Below are positions 9,423-19,182 of a stretch of 42,252 nucleotides of DNA, one piece after another. Position numbers and translations under genes: made by a program. The stretch's first letter is position 1. Each line of letters begins with the position of its first letter. The notes beneath the pieces were generated by a model. It saw only the letters and a program-made list of their open reading frames with translations, was not told the origin of the DNA and searched no databases. The DNA is from a virus. Lineage: Duplodnaviria; Caudoviricetes. The stretch covers positions 1 through 42,252 of IMG/VR virus record IMGVR_UViG_3300011443_000025; one strand, 5' to 3'.

Positions 9423-9850
9423 GCGTGAGCCTCACGTTGAAGGGGTTGACAGACCTCGTGAAGTCGCTCGAGCGGATGCCCGACGGCCTGGAGCAGAAGG
9501 CGGGCGCTACCGTGCGTCAGGCGGCCATCGAGACGGCGGCCGACCTGCAGAGCAAGCTGCCGATTGGGCCTGGTCGCAAGGCCACGAAGAAACGGGCGGC
9601 GGTCGCGGGCGGCAACCTGCGCAAGGGTGTGCGGGTCGTGCAGCGTGACCCGCTCGTGTGGCAAGTCGTCAGCGCCGCCCCGCATGCCTGGATTCACGAG
9701 GAAGGCACGAAGGCGCGCACGAGCCGGCGCGGCAACCGTGGCGTGATGCCGGCCAGCAAGATTGTCGCGGGTGTGGCGTCGTCCCATCGGCGGGCCATGA
9801 ACGGCCGGCTGGAACAGGTGCTCGTGCAAGTGCTCTCGGAGGCGCGGTGA
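9419..9850 (+). CDS. HK97 gp10-like tail completion protein
   Basis: LKGLTDLVKSLE, GNLRKGV and APHAWIHEEGT. ATG 9419 is coupled to the upstream stop. Confidence 0.8.
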   Translation: MSVSLTLKGLTDLVKSLERMPDGLEQKAGATVRQAAIETAADLQSKLPIGPGRKATKKRAAVAGGNLRKGVRVVQRDPLVWQVVSAAPHAWIHEEGTKARTSRRGNRGVMPASKIVAGVASSHRRAMNGRLEQVLVQVLSEAR

Positions 9851-10248
9851 GCAGCACCGTGACCGCGTCCCTGCAGGCGTACCTGGCGGCCGATGCCACG
9901 TTGACGGCGGCGGCGGTGGGCGGCGTGTGGGTGGAGCCGGCGCCGCAGGATGTCGCCGAGCCGTTCGTGGTGATTGAGCCGACCGGCGGCGGGGACGAGG
10001 GCTGCGGCATTACGCGCCTGACGTACGAGGTGGCGGTGGTCGCGCCCACGGTGGCGGTGGGCACGGTGCGTACCGCGGCCGAGCGGCTCGACTGGCTGCT
10101 GCACTACGCGGCGATGCGGGAGTCGTTGGACGGGTTTCTCGTGTTGGGCAACCGGAACACGGCGCCCATCGACGAGACGTTCGAGGAAATCACTGGCCGG
10201 TATGTGCGGGTCGGTGGGGAGTACACGCTGCTCGCCGAGCATGCGTAG
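9847..10248 (+). CDS. Tail terminator (DUF3168-like)
   Basis: LAADATLTAAAVGGVW..PAPQDVAEPFVVI. GTG 9847 coupled; precedes the tail tube gene. Confidence 0.78.
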   Translation: MSSTVTASLQAYLAADATLTAAAVGGVWVEPAPQDVAEPFVVIEPTGGGDEGCGITRLTYEVAVVAPTVAVGTVRTAAERLDWLLHYAAMRESLDGFLVLGNRNTAPIDETFEEITGRYVRVGGEYTLLAEHA

Positions 10249-10268
10249 CACCGTGAGACGACGGACTG

Positions 10269-10316
10269 GACCTGACGCCCCTCGAGGCGCCGTGTCGAAG
10301 GGAGACGATTGACATG
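10269..10316 (+). promoter_or_regulatory. Second putative Com-binding site plus AUG-sequestering hairpin (tail tube gene)
   Basis: GACCTGACGCCCCTCGAGGCGCCGTGTC is 23/28 identical to 7046-7073. GUGUCGA can pair with UUGACAU, covering the ATG at 10314. Confidence 0.7.
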
Positions 10317-10715
10317 GCACGCATGAGTGGCGAAGACCTCGCCGTCCAGCAGACCACGAACGGCACCACGTGGACGTCGTTTGGATGCTTCCGGCGGTTC
10401 AGCATCAACGCGACGCGGGACTTCTACGAGGCGACGTGCGCGTCGGATACCAACAAGACGTACAAGCCCGGCAAGCGGGACTTCAGCGTCAACGGCGAGT
10501 TCGTGTACGACGACGCGCAGCTGTCGATCTTCTCGGCGGCCGAGGGCACGTCGGCGGTGACGTTGCGCTTCATCCCGAACGACACCGTGACCAATCACAA
10601 CTGGTCCGGCACGTTCTGGGTCAGCTACACGGTGGACGCGCCGTACGACGGGATCGTCACCGGCACGCTCGAAGCGCGGGCGGATGGTGCCGTGACGCGC
10701 AGCACCACGACGTAA
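10314..10715 (+). CDS. Major tail (tube) protein
   Basis: FSINATRDFYEAT...KTYKPGKRDFSVNGEFVYD...WSGTFWVSYTVDAPYDG, a TP901-1/lambda-like tube pattern; synteny. Confidence 0.85.
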   Translation: MARMSGEDLAVQQTTNGTTWTSFGCFRRFSINATRDFYEATCASDTNKTYKPGKRDFSVNGEFVYDDAQLSIFSAAEGTSAVTLRFIPNDTVTNHNWSGTFWVSYTVDAPYDGIVTGTLEARADGAVTRSTTT

Positions 10716-10730
10716 CACGGAGGGCGGCTG

Positions 10731-10997
10731 ATGTCGCTGTGTTTTACCGGCAAGGGCGGCGAGCTGCGACAGGGACGTCGCCAGCTCGCGCGCCTGGCGA
10801 CGTTCTGGAAAGACGACAAGCGGGTGACGTTCTCGACCGACTACGTGAACCCCTTCGCCGCGGGCCTCGGGCCGCCCACGGAGATTGTGTTGCCCCTGAC
10901 GCCGAAGGCCGTCCGCATCTATCCGGTGACGGCCGGTAGCGTGGAGTCTGGGGTCGTGATGATTGACCTGATGCAGGCCCGCACGGAGACCCTATGA
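10731..10997 (+). CDS. Hypothetical tail-region protein
   Basis: RBS GGAGGG; coupled to the next gene by ATGA. Confidence 0.6.
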   Translation: MSLCFTGKGGELRQGRRQLARLATFWKDDKRVTFSTDYVNPFAAGLGPPTEIVLPLTPKAVRIYPVTAGSVESGVVMIDLMQARTETL

Positions 10998-11377
10998 GCG
11001 ACCGTCTGACCAAGATCGCCTCGGATTGGACCGCCGAGGATTCGAGTACCCGGCACGTCCTGCCGAAGGGGCAGTGGATTGAGTTTCGCGACGAGGTGGC
11101 GTACGGCGAGCAGGCCGCGCTCGACATCGCGTGCAAGCCACTCGCGGATGAACTCGCGCTCCCGAAGCGGCTCGCGTTCCATGTGACGGCGTGGTCGCTG
11201 ACCTACGCCGATGGCAAGCCGTTGCCGGTGTGCGAGGAGTCGCTGCAGGCGATGCCGATGTCCCGGCTGTGGGTGTTGCTCGAGGCGCTGCGGACGCACA
11301 CGGAGGCGACGAAGGCCAAGTATGCCGACCCTTTGTCCGAGGACGACTCGAGCAGTGCTTCGCCGTCTGCCGCGTGA
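10994..11377 (+). CDS. Tail assembly chaperone (G-like)
   Basis: Position before the tape measure; VTAWSLTYADGKPLP motif; slippery site near the 3' end. Confidence 0.75.
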   Translation: MSDRLTKIASDWTAEDSSTRHVLPKGQWIEFRDEVAYGEQAALDIACKPLADELALPKRLAFHVTAWSLTYADGKPLPVCEESLQAMPMSRLWVLLEALRTHTEATKAKYADPLSEDDSSSASPSAA

Positions 11378-11493
11378 TGCGGTGGTCGTTTCGGGACACC
11401 TGGCGTTTGCCGGTGCCGGTGTTTGAAGCGGCCGTGCGATTCGTCAACGAGTTCGTCGTCAAACAGGCCGACCCGGATGACTTCCTGGACTAG
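11329..11493 (+). other. -1 programmed frameshift (C CCT TTG) and GT-type chaperone extension
   Basis: The heptamer CCCTTTG at 11329-11335 is in X XXY YYZ phase (GAC CCT TTG). The -1 frame continues FVRGRLEQCFAVCRVMRWSFRDTWRLP... to a stop at 11493, 3 nt before the tape measure. Confidence 0.78.
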
Positions 11494-11496
11494 CTG

Positions 11497-14400
11497 ATGC
11501 CGACCGTCAAGGCCACCTTCACCGCCGACATCAGCCAGTTCCGGCAGTCGCTCGCGCAGGCGAGCACGGCGGTGACGGCGTTTGACCGGACGGTGGGCCA
11601 GGTCAACACCGACCTCAAGAAGTTCGGCAATCAGTTCAGCGGCGCGACCCTCACGCGCCAGGCCGAGACGATGGCCAAGGCCATCGCGGATATCGGCGGC
11701 GCGACTCGCCTCACCGACGCTGAGATGAAGCGGGCCAACGCCACCATCAGTGAGGCGATGGCCAAATACAAGGCGCTCGGCACCGAGGCGCCCGCCTCCA
11801 TCCGCTCACTCTCGCAGGAACTCCAGAAGCTGAACACGGAGTCGGCCAAGGTCGGCACGTCACTCACGGGCGCCAGCAGAGGGCTCGGTGGGTTGCTGAC
11901 CGGCATAGCGGCGGGCGCCGGCTTTGCGGTCTTCACGGCCGCGCTCGGACAACTGAAGGGCCTGGCCAGCGAAGCGACCGCGTTTACGCCGCTACAGCAA
12001 TCGTTCGAGAAGCTCCAGGGCGGCGCCCTGCAGGCCGAGTCGGCCCTGCTCGGGCTCCGTGTCGCCACCAAGGGCTTGGTGTCCGATACGGACCTGCTGC
12101 GGGCCGCGAACAAAGGCAGCCTGCTCGGGCTCGGCGACATGGGCATCAAGTTCGACGAGGTGGCGCGCGTGGCCACCGTGCTCGGCCGCGCGATGGGTCA
12201 GGACGCCGCGAAGTCGGTCGATGACCTGACGACGGCGCTGTCGCGGATGTCGCCGCAGATTCTGGACAACCTGGGCATCAAGGTCGATCTGACCAAGGCC
12301 ACCGCGGACTACGCGAAGGCGAACCACAAGTCGGTCGAATCACTGACGGAGGAGGAGAAGAAGCTCGCCTTCGCGACGGCGGCCATGGACGCGGCGCGCA
12401 CGAAGGCGAAGGCGCTCGGCGACGCCCAGCTCACAGTCTGGGAGAACACGCAGAAGATCACGACGGCGCTGTCGGACATGGTCGTGCAGGTGATCAGCGC
12501 CGGCAATGAGTCGCAAGGCTTTGCCGCCGCGCTGGGCAAGGTGGCGGACGCCCTCGACCGCCTGCGCAATACGGGGCCGGCCGCGATCCGCGCGATTAAG
12601 ACCGAGATGGATCTCGCGCTCAAGCTCGGCGTCCAGGGCGCGGGTGGCGGGACGCCCATGGGCGCGGCGATGTTCGGCGGCGGCCCGTTCGGCGCGCTGA
12701 TCTCGGCCTACATGAATATGCGCATGGGGCCGATGCAGGCGGCCGATATTGGCACATTCGGAGGCGCCGCGCGTGGGCGCGACATTACACTACCCGGCGC
12801 GGTGACGCCGGCCACCGTCGCGCCCGCCGCCGTCGAGAAGGCCGAGAAGACGACTAAGAAACTCACCGACCTCCAGCGCGAACTGAACGCCGAGACACAG
12901 AAGGCGTTCAAGTTCGCGCATGACGCCGCGCGCGGGTGGGAAGAGTACGAGGGCAACCTGCAGCTCGCGCGCATGGAGATGGAAGCCTTCATCGCCATGC
13001 AGCCGGACAACCTCATCGGCGCCAAGCATCCGATGTCGGCCATTCTGTCCGGCCCGTACCAGTACCAGATCAGCGACAACATGACCGGCGGCGTCCTCGA
13101 CGGCACCAAGAAGGTCGCCGTCGCGACGAAGGACTGGCGCGTCCAGTTGCAGGGCGTGGCGCAGGCGTTCGCGCAGCTCGCGCAGGTCGGCGGCCCGGCG
13201 TTACAGCGCATCAACCAGTCGCTCGGCACGGTGTTCGCGGCGGCCAACGCGGGGCAGCAGATGGTGTCCGCGTTGGCGGAGATGGTCGGCGGCCTGACGA
13301 CCACCAAGGATGGCAAGACTGTCCCGACCACCGCGGGCAAGGCGCTCGGCGGCGGGCTCGCCGGACTCAGCGCCGGCATGTCGGTCGGCAGTCTGTTCAC
13401 GAACCGTGGCAAGGGCGCGCTGGCGGGGGCGGCCAGTGGGGCTGCGGCCGGCGGGATGGCCGGCGGCTGGGTGGGTGCGGGCGTCGGTGCGCTCGTGGGT
13501 GCCTTCGCGGGCATGTTCGCGTCGGCCGCCAATGCGGCAGCGCAGCGTGTCGCGAAGGACGTCCAGGCGGGCCAGCTCACCGCGGAGTTTGGCGGGCTCG
13601 ACAAGTTGCTCGACGTGGTCGGCGGACTCGGCATGTCACAGGGCGGCTTCCTGAAGGCGTTCTACGGGGAGCCGAAGGCGTTCGCGCAGGCCGTGACGCA
13701 ACTCAATCAGGCGCTCGCGAAAGAGCGGCAGGAAGCCGACAAGCTCGCCAAGAGCCTGGCCGAAGTCGCGCGTGTGCAGGGCGTGCTCAGTCGGCAGCAG
13801 CTCACGGCGATGACGCACATCCGTCCTGGCGGCCCTGGCTCTGAGGAGGTCGTGGCGTTTGCCGCGCAGCAGCGCGACCAGGCGGAAGCCGGCATCACGC
13901 AGGCCATTGCCGCGCTCGATACGCTCACGGCGGGCGGCACGCAGAACCTCGACCAGTTCGACGCCAGCGTGGGCGCCGTGACGGCGTCGCTCGTCGTCCT
14001 GTTCGACCAGGCGGTCAAGAGCGGCGAGTCGGCGGTCACGGTGCTCAAGCGGCTCGCGGCGCCCATCCAGCAACTGCAGGCGCTGATGGCCGCGGGCGGC
14101 ATGACGCCGGGCGCGGGGTTCGGCAACCTCCAGGCGTTGTCCGACATCGCGGGTGGCGCACAGACCGGGCCGCTCGTCGAGATGGCGCAGGGGTTGGGCT
14201 CGGCGCTGGCTGGCCTGGCCAACACCGGCCTGCTATCACCGGAGCTCTTCGCCGAACTCGCCAACGGCATCGGCGAGGCCTACAAGCAACTCGAAAACCT
14301 CGGCAAGGGCGGGCTCGAAGCCGCGCGGCTGATGCAGCCGAGCCTCCAGGCCCTGTGGCAGATGCTCCAGGACAACCCGGAACTCGCTGCGGGCCTGGAC

Positions 14401-14811
14401 GAGAGCACGAAGGCCTTGCTCGATTTCGCGGAATCGTCCGGCCTCATCGGTGACAAGTTCCGGCCGGCGATCGACCAGATGATCGCGTCGCTCAATGACT
14501 TGATCGCCAAGATTGGCGAGTTGATCGACACGATGGCGGACGTGCCCGCGCTGCCAGGTGGATCGTCGTCGGGGCAGCCGTTCGGCGGGCAGGACCCACC
14601 GGCCATGGCCGCGGGTGGTGTGGTCACGCGGCCGACCGTCGCGCTCGTGGGCGAAGCCGGCCCGGAAGCCATCATCCCGCTCGCCAAGCTGGGCGGGATG
14701 CGCGGCCCCAGCGAGCAGACCATCAACATCATGCTGGACGGGCGCCTCATTGCGAACTCCGTTGTGCGTGAGCTGCCGCGCGTCGTGCGCGTCTACACGG
14801 GGGCGGCGTAA
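11497..14811 (+). CDS. Tape measure protein
   Basis: 1104 aa, Ala/Gly-rich and helical. N-terminal FTADISQF, ILDNLGI, and C-terminal MAAGGVVTRPTVALVGEAGPEAIIPL. Confidence 0.95.
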   Translation: MPTVKATFTADISQFRQSLAQASTAVTAFDRTVGQVNTDLKKFGNQFSGATLTRQAETMAKAIADIGGATRLTDAEMKRANATISEAMAKYKALGTEAPASIRSLSQELQKLNTESAKVGTSLTGASRGLGGLLTGIAAGAGFAVFTAALGQLKGLASEATAFTPLQQSFEKLQGGALQAESALLGLRVATKGLVSDTDLLRAANKGSLLGLGDMGIKFDEVARVATVLGRAMGQDAAKSVDDLTTALSRMSPQILDNLGIKVDLTKATADYAKANHKSVESLTEEEKKLAFATAAMDAARTKAKALGDAQLTVWENTQKITTALSDMVVQVISAGNESQGFAAALGKVADALDRLRNTGPAAIRAIKTEMDLALKLGVQGAGGGTPMGAAMFGGGPFGALISAYMNMRMGPMQAADIGTFGGAARGRDITLPGAVTPATVAPAAVEKAEKTTKKLTDLQRELNAETQKAFKFAHDAARGWEEYEGNLQLARMEMEAFIAMQPDNLIGAKHPMSAILSGPYQYQISDNMTGGVLDGTKKVAVATKDWRVQLQGVAQAFAQLAQVGGPALQRINQSLGTVFAAANAGQQMVSALAEMVGGLTTTKDGKTVPTTAGKALGGGLAGLSAGMSVGSLFTNRGKGALAGAASGAAAGGMAGGWVGAGVGALVGAFAGMFASAANAAAQRVAKDVQAGQLTAEFGGLDKLLDVVGGLGMSQGGFLKAFYGEPKAFAQAVTQLNQALAKERQEADKLAKSLAEVARVQGVLSRQQLTAMTHIRPGGPGSEEVVAFAAQQRDQAEAGITQAIAALDTLTAGGTQNLDQFDASVGAVTASLVVLFDQAVKSGESAVTVLKRLAAPIQQLQALMAAGGMTPGAGFGNLQALSDIAGGAQTGPLVEMAQGLGSALAGLANTGLLSPELFAELANGIGEAYKQLENLGKGGLEAARLMQPSLQALWQMLQDNPELAAGLDESTKALLDFAESSGLIGDKFRPAIDQMIASLNDLIAKIGELIDTMADVPALPGGSSSGQPFGGQDPPAMAAGGVVTRPTVALVGEAGPEAIIPLAKLGGMRGPSEQTINIMLDGRLIANSVVRELPRVVRVYTGAA

Positions 14812-14814
14812 CCG

Positions 14815-16533
14815 GTGGCGCTCACCTTCACCATCAACGGCGTGAACCGGCGCGCGAACCTGCGCGACGGCACGCTGTCGATCGACAAGCATCTCGGGCT
14901 CGAGGTGCTGACGGCGCAAGTGCTCGAAAAGACCACGCCCGGCGCGTCCGCGTTCCGGCCGACGCTCGGCCACGCCGTCTATGTGACCGACGGCGCCAAC
15001 CTGCTCTTCGGGGGCGAGATTATCGAGCGCCGCGAAGAGACGGTGTGGCAGGCCGGCGGGCTGCCGACGCTGACGCTCAACACCATCACGGCCAAGAGCT
15101 ACGACGCGCTGGCCGAGCGCATCGTGATCGACACGCTCACCGTCCCGTCGCAGGGCGTCTTCACCACGGCGGCGTCGCTGTGCACGACGTACCTGACGCC
15201 GCTCGGCGTGACCAACATCGGGACGGTGTCGGGTGGCCCGGTGCTGCCCGCGTTGGAGTTCGACCATCAGACGTTGTCGGCGATTTTTGGGCAGCTCACA
15301 TTACTGAGTGGGTATCCCTGGCGGATCAATGGCGACAAACAGTTCGCCTTTGTCGCCCCCGGCTCCTTCACTGGCACGACCATCACGGAAGCCAACGCGC
15401 TCGAAGCCGACCTGCGCATCGAGCAGACGCGCGCCGTGCGGGTCAATCGGCTCTTCCTGCAGACCGGCGGCACGGGCACGGTGACTCACACCGAAGGGCG
15501 CACGCTCAACGGCACGCAGACGACGTTCCTGCTGAACGTCGAACCGGCCGAGCCGCCCACCACCGTCACGGAGAACGGCGTCTCCATGGCCATCGGCGGC
15601 GGGACCTGGACGTACAACAGCACGCTCAAGGCGGTCGTGCGCGCGTCGGGTGGCACCAACGGCCATCTCATCGTCGTGCCGTTCACGGTGACGTTCCCGG
15701 CGTGGGTGCGCGTGTGGGATGCGAGCGTGCAGGCGGCCTCGGGCGCGTGGACGACGACGGCGCTCGTGGACGGCCTGGTCGAGGCGTCCGAGCAGACCGA
15801 CCTCGGGCAGGCCAAGGCGTGGGGCGATGAGGAACTGTCGCGCCGCTTCCTCGAACCGCTCATCGTGACGGTGCGGACGCGCACGAAGAACTACTACCCG
15901 CTGCTCCACGTGACGCTGACCCTGCCCGACAGCAACATCAGCGGCACGTACCTCGTGGAGTCGGTGCGCGTCGAAGCGCAGGACGACGACAACATCGTCT
16001 ACGCGGCGGTGTGCGTCCAGGACGACGTGCTGCACACGGCCTGGTTCGACTACTTCAAGCGCCGCGGCGGGACGACGGGCGGCGGGATGTCGGTCGCGGG
16101 CACGGGCAGCACGAGCGGCACACCGGGCACGCCGGGTGGTGGCGGGACGACGCTCCCGTCGGGCACGACCTTCCATCTGGGCGGCAGCAACGACCAGTCG
16201 ATCACGGCGACCACGAGCTGGCAGGCGGCGCCGGAAGCCATCCCGACACAGCTCGGCGGCACCGGGATGGCGGGCACCTGGACGCTGCGCGTGCCGATGT
16301 ACCAGCTCTCGGCGGGCACGATGGAAGTGCGGCTCTATGACCAGACGGCGGGCGCGGCCCTGGCGACGCTCTCCAGTACGGCGGTCGGCACCTATGTCGA
16401 TGTGAGCTTCTACTCGTACCAGACGGGCAGCGTGACGGCGCCGGCTGGTGTCTCGAATGTGCTGCTCGAGGTGCGGGTCACCTCGGGGTCGCGGCCGGTG
16501 GTCGTGGGGCATTCCACGGTGGTGAAGGCATGA
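14815..16533 (+). CDS. Minor tail protein (distal tail / hub-like)
   Basis: Follows the tape measure; beta-rich, Thr/Gly-rich, with a Gly-rich linker and a C-terminal beta domain. Confidence 0.7.
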   Translation: MALTFTINGVNRRANLRDGTLSIDKHLGLEVLTAQVLEKTTPGASAFRPTLGHAVYVTDGANLLFGGEIIERREETVWQAGGLPTLTLNTITAKSYDALAERIVIDTLTVPSQGVFTTAASLCTTYLTPLGVTNIGTVSGGPVLPALEFDHQTLSAIFGQLTLLSGYPWRINGDKQFAFVAPGSFTGTTITEANALEADLRIEQTRAVRVNRLFLQTGGTGTVTHTEGRTLNGTQTTFLLNVEPAEPPTTVTENGVSMAIGGGTWTYNSTLKAVVRASGGTNGHLIVVPFTVTFPAWVRVWDASVQAASGAWTTTALVDGLVEASEQTDLGQAKAWGDEELSRRFLEPLIVTVRTRTKNYYPLLHVTLTLPDSNISGTYLVESVRVEAQDDDNIVYAAVCVQDDVLHTAWFDYFKRRGGTTGGGMSVAGTGSTSGTPGTPGGGGTTLPSGTTFHLGGSNDQSITATTSWQAAPEAIPTQLGGTGMAGTWTLRVPMYQLSAGTMEVRLYDQTAGAALATLSSTAVGTYVDVSFYSYQTGSVTAPAGVSNVLLEVRVTSGSRPVVVGHSTVVKA

Positions 16534-18617
16534 GACGCGCCCTGCTCCTGTGGCTCGTCCTGGTGGCGCTGGCGGGGCCCGCGTGGGCGCAGAACACGAG
16601 CACGCGCACGCTCTCGGTCGGGCCGACGCCCGCGCCGCCCTCGGGGACCACGGTGCGCCTCGACGGACTGGGCACCGTGGGCGGCACGCTCGTGCTGCTG
16701 ACCGACCTCGACGGGGACGTCTTCGAGCGCGTGCTCGGCAAAGCCGACCTGCCGGCGAGCCTGGCGTACGAGGACGAGGCGAACACGTTCGCGCTCCTGC
16801 AGACGTTCACGTCGGGCCTCACGAGCAATGGCAACGTGACCGTGAGCGGGGCCAACGACGTCATTCTCGGGACGGGCGGCATCCGTGGCCCGGCGAGCAA
16901 TCCGCTGCTGATTCGCAATAACACCGACGCGGCCACGGTGGCGAGCTTTGCCAACACGGCGATCACGTTGAGCCAACCCACGACGATTACCGGCAACCTC
17001 ACCATTGACGCCGTGACGACGACGTATGCCGCGACGCTCAATGCCGCGCTGACGTCCGGCGTCTACTATCACGCGCTGTTCCAGAACGCGGGCACCAGCG
17101 TCGGGAACATCACTAGCACCGGCACCGGCCCCATCATCAACAGCCTCGGCGCCGCGAGTGCGCTGACGCTCACGACCGGCACGGGCGGCATCCTCGTGAG
17201 CGCGAATGGCCCCGTCCGCACGGGCGATTACGTGAGCCACACGACCGGGTGGGCCATCACGCCCGCGGGCGCCGGGGACTTCCGCTACGTCTATGTGGAT
17301 GAACTGCACGCCAAGGCGTTCATCGCCGATCTGGAAATGGCGCTCAACGGCGGGCAGGTCATCGCGAAGAGCACGGTCCTGCTGGCGCAGGCGTTCACGT
17401 GCCCCGCGGCGGCCGGCAACAACTACCTCTGGGCGCGGGACTTTCCCGGCTTTCCCAATATCCGCGCGTTTGCCGAAAACGACTGGGTGTCGCTCCGGTC
17501 GTTCTCTCGGACGGATGCCGACAACGACGGCAACACCGATCTGACGATCGGGGACTGCGTGGGCCAGGTGAACTATGTCGGCGACGGGTCCGGGGCCACC
17601 GAAGGGCAGCAGCAGTGGTGGTTCACGCGCGGCAGTGGCGGCAGTGCGGGCGGCATGCCGACGAGCACGGTGGTGGCGGAGGACGCCATCGTCATCGACT
17701 ACGGCGTGAGCGGCCAGGGGTTTCTCGTGGCGCGCAGCAACGACGGGCCGGAAGGGATCAACTCGCCCTATTGGCAAGCCGTCACGTGGACGACCGCACC
17801 CGTGGCGGCCAATATGACGCTCCAGACACGCTGGGGCAATCTCAACGGGAGCTATGGGTACACGTCGGCGACCTATGGCTTCGCGGCCGGGCCGTCGTCC
17901 GGCCAGTGGCTCAGCGTCGATCCGACCAACGGCGTGCGCATGATGACGGCGACGACGCCGCGCGTCGTGTTAAGCCCGGACGGATTTCTGGAGATATTCA
18001 ACGACGCGGGCGTCCGGCAGATCCATCTCTCGAGCACGTATGGGTTCGTGATGGGCGGCAGTGGCCGCCCGGCCGTGTCGATCAACACCACATCGATGTC
18101 CTTCTGCGCGTCGTCCGGCACGCTGTGCCCGTTCGTGCTCGACGGCGCGACCGGCACCATCACGAGCACGGGCAGTATCACCATCGGCAGCGGCGGCCAC
18201 ATCAAGGGCGGCGCGACCGCCTACGCGACCGGGACGGGCTTCTGGCTCGGTAACGACGGGGGCACCTACAAGTTCTACATCGGCGAAGGGACCGGCGCCA
18301 CGGACGATTACCTGACGTGGAGTGGCACCGCGCTGTCGGTGAGCGGCGCGATCACGGCCGTGTCGAATCTGGTCTTGGGTGCGTCGGCGAATATCGTCAA
18401 GGGGTCGGGAAATCTGTCGATCAGTTCGACGGGCGTGAGTGCGGGGCTCACGCTCTCGGCTGGCGGCGGGGCCGGCACGCTGACGCTGAACGCTGGGGGC
18501 CTCAGCATTGGCGGCAGCACCGCGCTCACCACGACCAAGACCGTGCGCGATAGCGCGGGCACGGGCACCTGCACGCTGATTTTCACGTTGGGCTCGCTGA
18601 CGGGGGGGAGTTGCTGA
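16530..18617 (+). CDS. Tail fibre/spike-like protein with an N-terminal Sec signal peptide
   Basis: Begins MRRALLLWLVLVALAGPAWA|Q. The body is beta-stranded and Gly/Thr-rich with fibre-like motifs (YVSHTTGWAI, RWGNLNG, TGFWLGNDGG). ATGA coupling supports the start. Confidence 0.7.
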   Translation: MRRALLLWLVLVALAGPAWAQNTSTRTLSVGPTPAPPSGTTVRLDGLGTVGGTLVLLTDLDGDVFERVLGKADLPASLAYEDEANTFALLQTFTSGLTSNGNVTVSGANDVILGTGGIRGPASNPLLIRNNTDAATVASFANTAITLSQPTTITGNLTIDAVTTTYAATLNAALTSGVYYHALFQNAGTSVGNITSTGTGPIINSLGAASALTLTTGTGGILVSANGPVRTGDYVSHTTGWAITPAGAGDFRYVYVDELHAKAFIADLEMALNGGQVIAKSTVLLAQAFTCPAAAGNNYLWARDFPGFPNIRAFAENDWVSLRSFSRTDADNDGNTDLTIGDCVGQVNYVGDGSGATEGQQQWWFTRGSGGSAGGMPTSTVVAEDAIVIDYGVSGQGFLVARSNDGPEGINSPYWQAVTWTTAPVAANMTLQTRWGNLNGSYGYTSATYGFAAGPSSGQWLSVDPTNGVRMMTATTPRVVLSPDGFLEIFNDAGVRQIHLSSTYGFVMGGSGRPAVSINTTSMSFCASSGTLCPFVLDGATGTITSTGSITIGSGGHIKGGATAYATGTGFWLGNDGGTYKFYIGEGTGATDDYLTWSGTALSVSGAITAVSNLVLGASANIVKGSGNLSISSTGVSAGLTLSAGGGAGTLTLNAGGLSIGGSTALTTTKTVRDSAGTGTCTLIFTLGSLTGGSC

Positions 18618-18642
18618 CGTGTTGAGAGAAAAGGCTGACATT

Positions 18643-19176
18643 ATGCGACAGAGTCTCCTGCTGATGTGTCTGTGTCTCTGGCCGACTGTCGGCGTCGCGC
18701 AGTTGACCTATGAGCAGCGCGCGGCGTTCGCCAAGGACCAGACGTTCATCGATCGCGTGGGCGTCGCCGCGCAGCAGCAATCGGTGATTGCACAGGGCGA
18801 GAATCCCCCGACGTGCTGCCAGACCTCGGCGCAGGAAGCGCTCGCGCCTGGTGCCAGCACCCTGTGCTCGCTGGTGATTCCGCCAGGGTCGCCGACGGCG
18901 CCGGATTATGTGAAAGCGAAATCCGTCGATCGCCATAACGCACGGGCCCGACTGGCGGTCTCGGTGGCGCAGAATCCGTCACTCTGGGCGCAGCGGTTTG
19001 CGGCGTCCATTGCGTCGGATACGTGTGTGGTGCCGCCGTTTACCGATGCGCAGTTGCAGGCGTACATGACGCGCATGTGGGACCTCTGGGCGCTGTCGCC
19101 GGAGCTCGCCGCGACGGCCACGGCCCAAGCGGCGACACAACAGGGCGTGGTGGCGTTGCCGCCGTCGCTGCGGTGA
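18643..19176 (+). CDS. Secreted hypothetical protein
   Basis: MRQSLLLMCLCLWPTVGVA|Q signal peptide; several Cys. Confidence 0.65.
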   Translation: MRQSLLLMCLCLWPTVGVAQLTYEQRAAFAKDQTFIDRVGVAAQQQSVIAQGENPPTCCQTSAQEALAPGASTLCSLVIPPGSPTAPDYVKAKSVDRHNARARLAVSVAQNPSLWAQRFAASIASDTCVVPPFTDAQLQAYMTRMWDLWALSPELAATATAQAATQQGVVALPPSLR

Positions 19177-19182
19177 TCGGCC

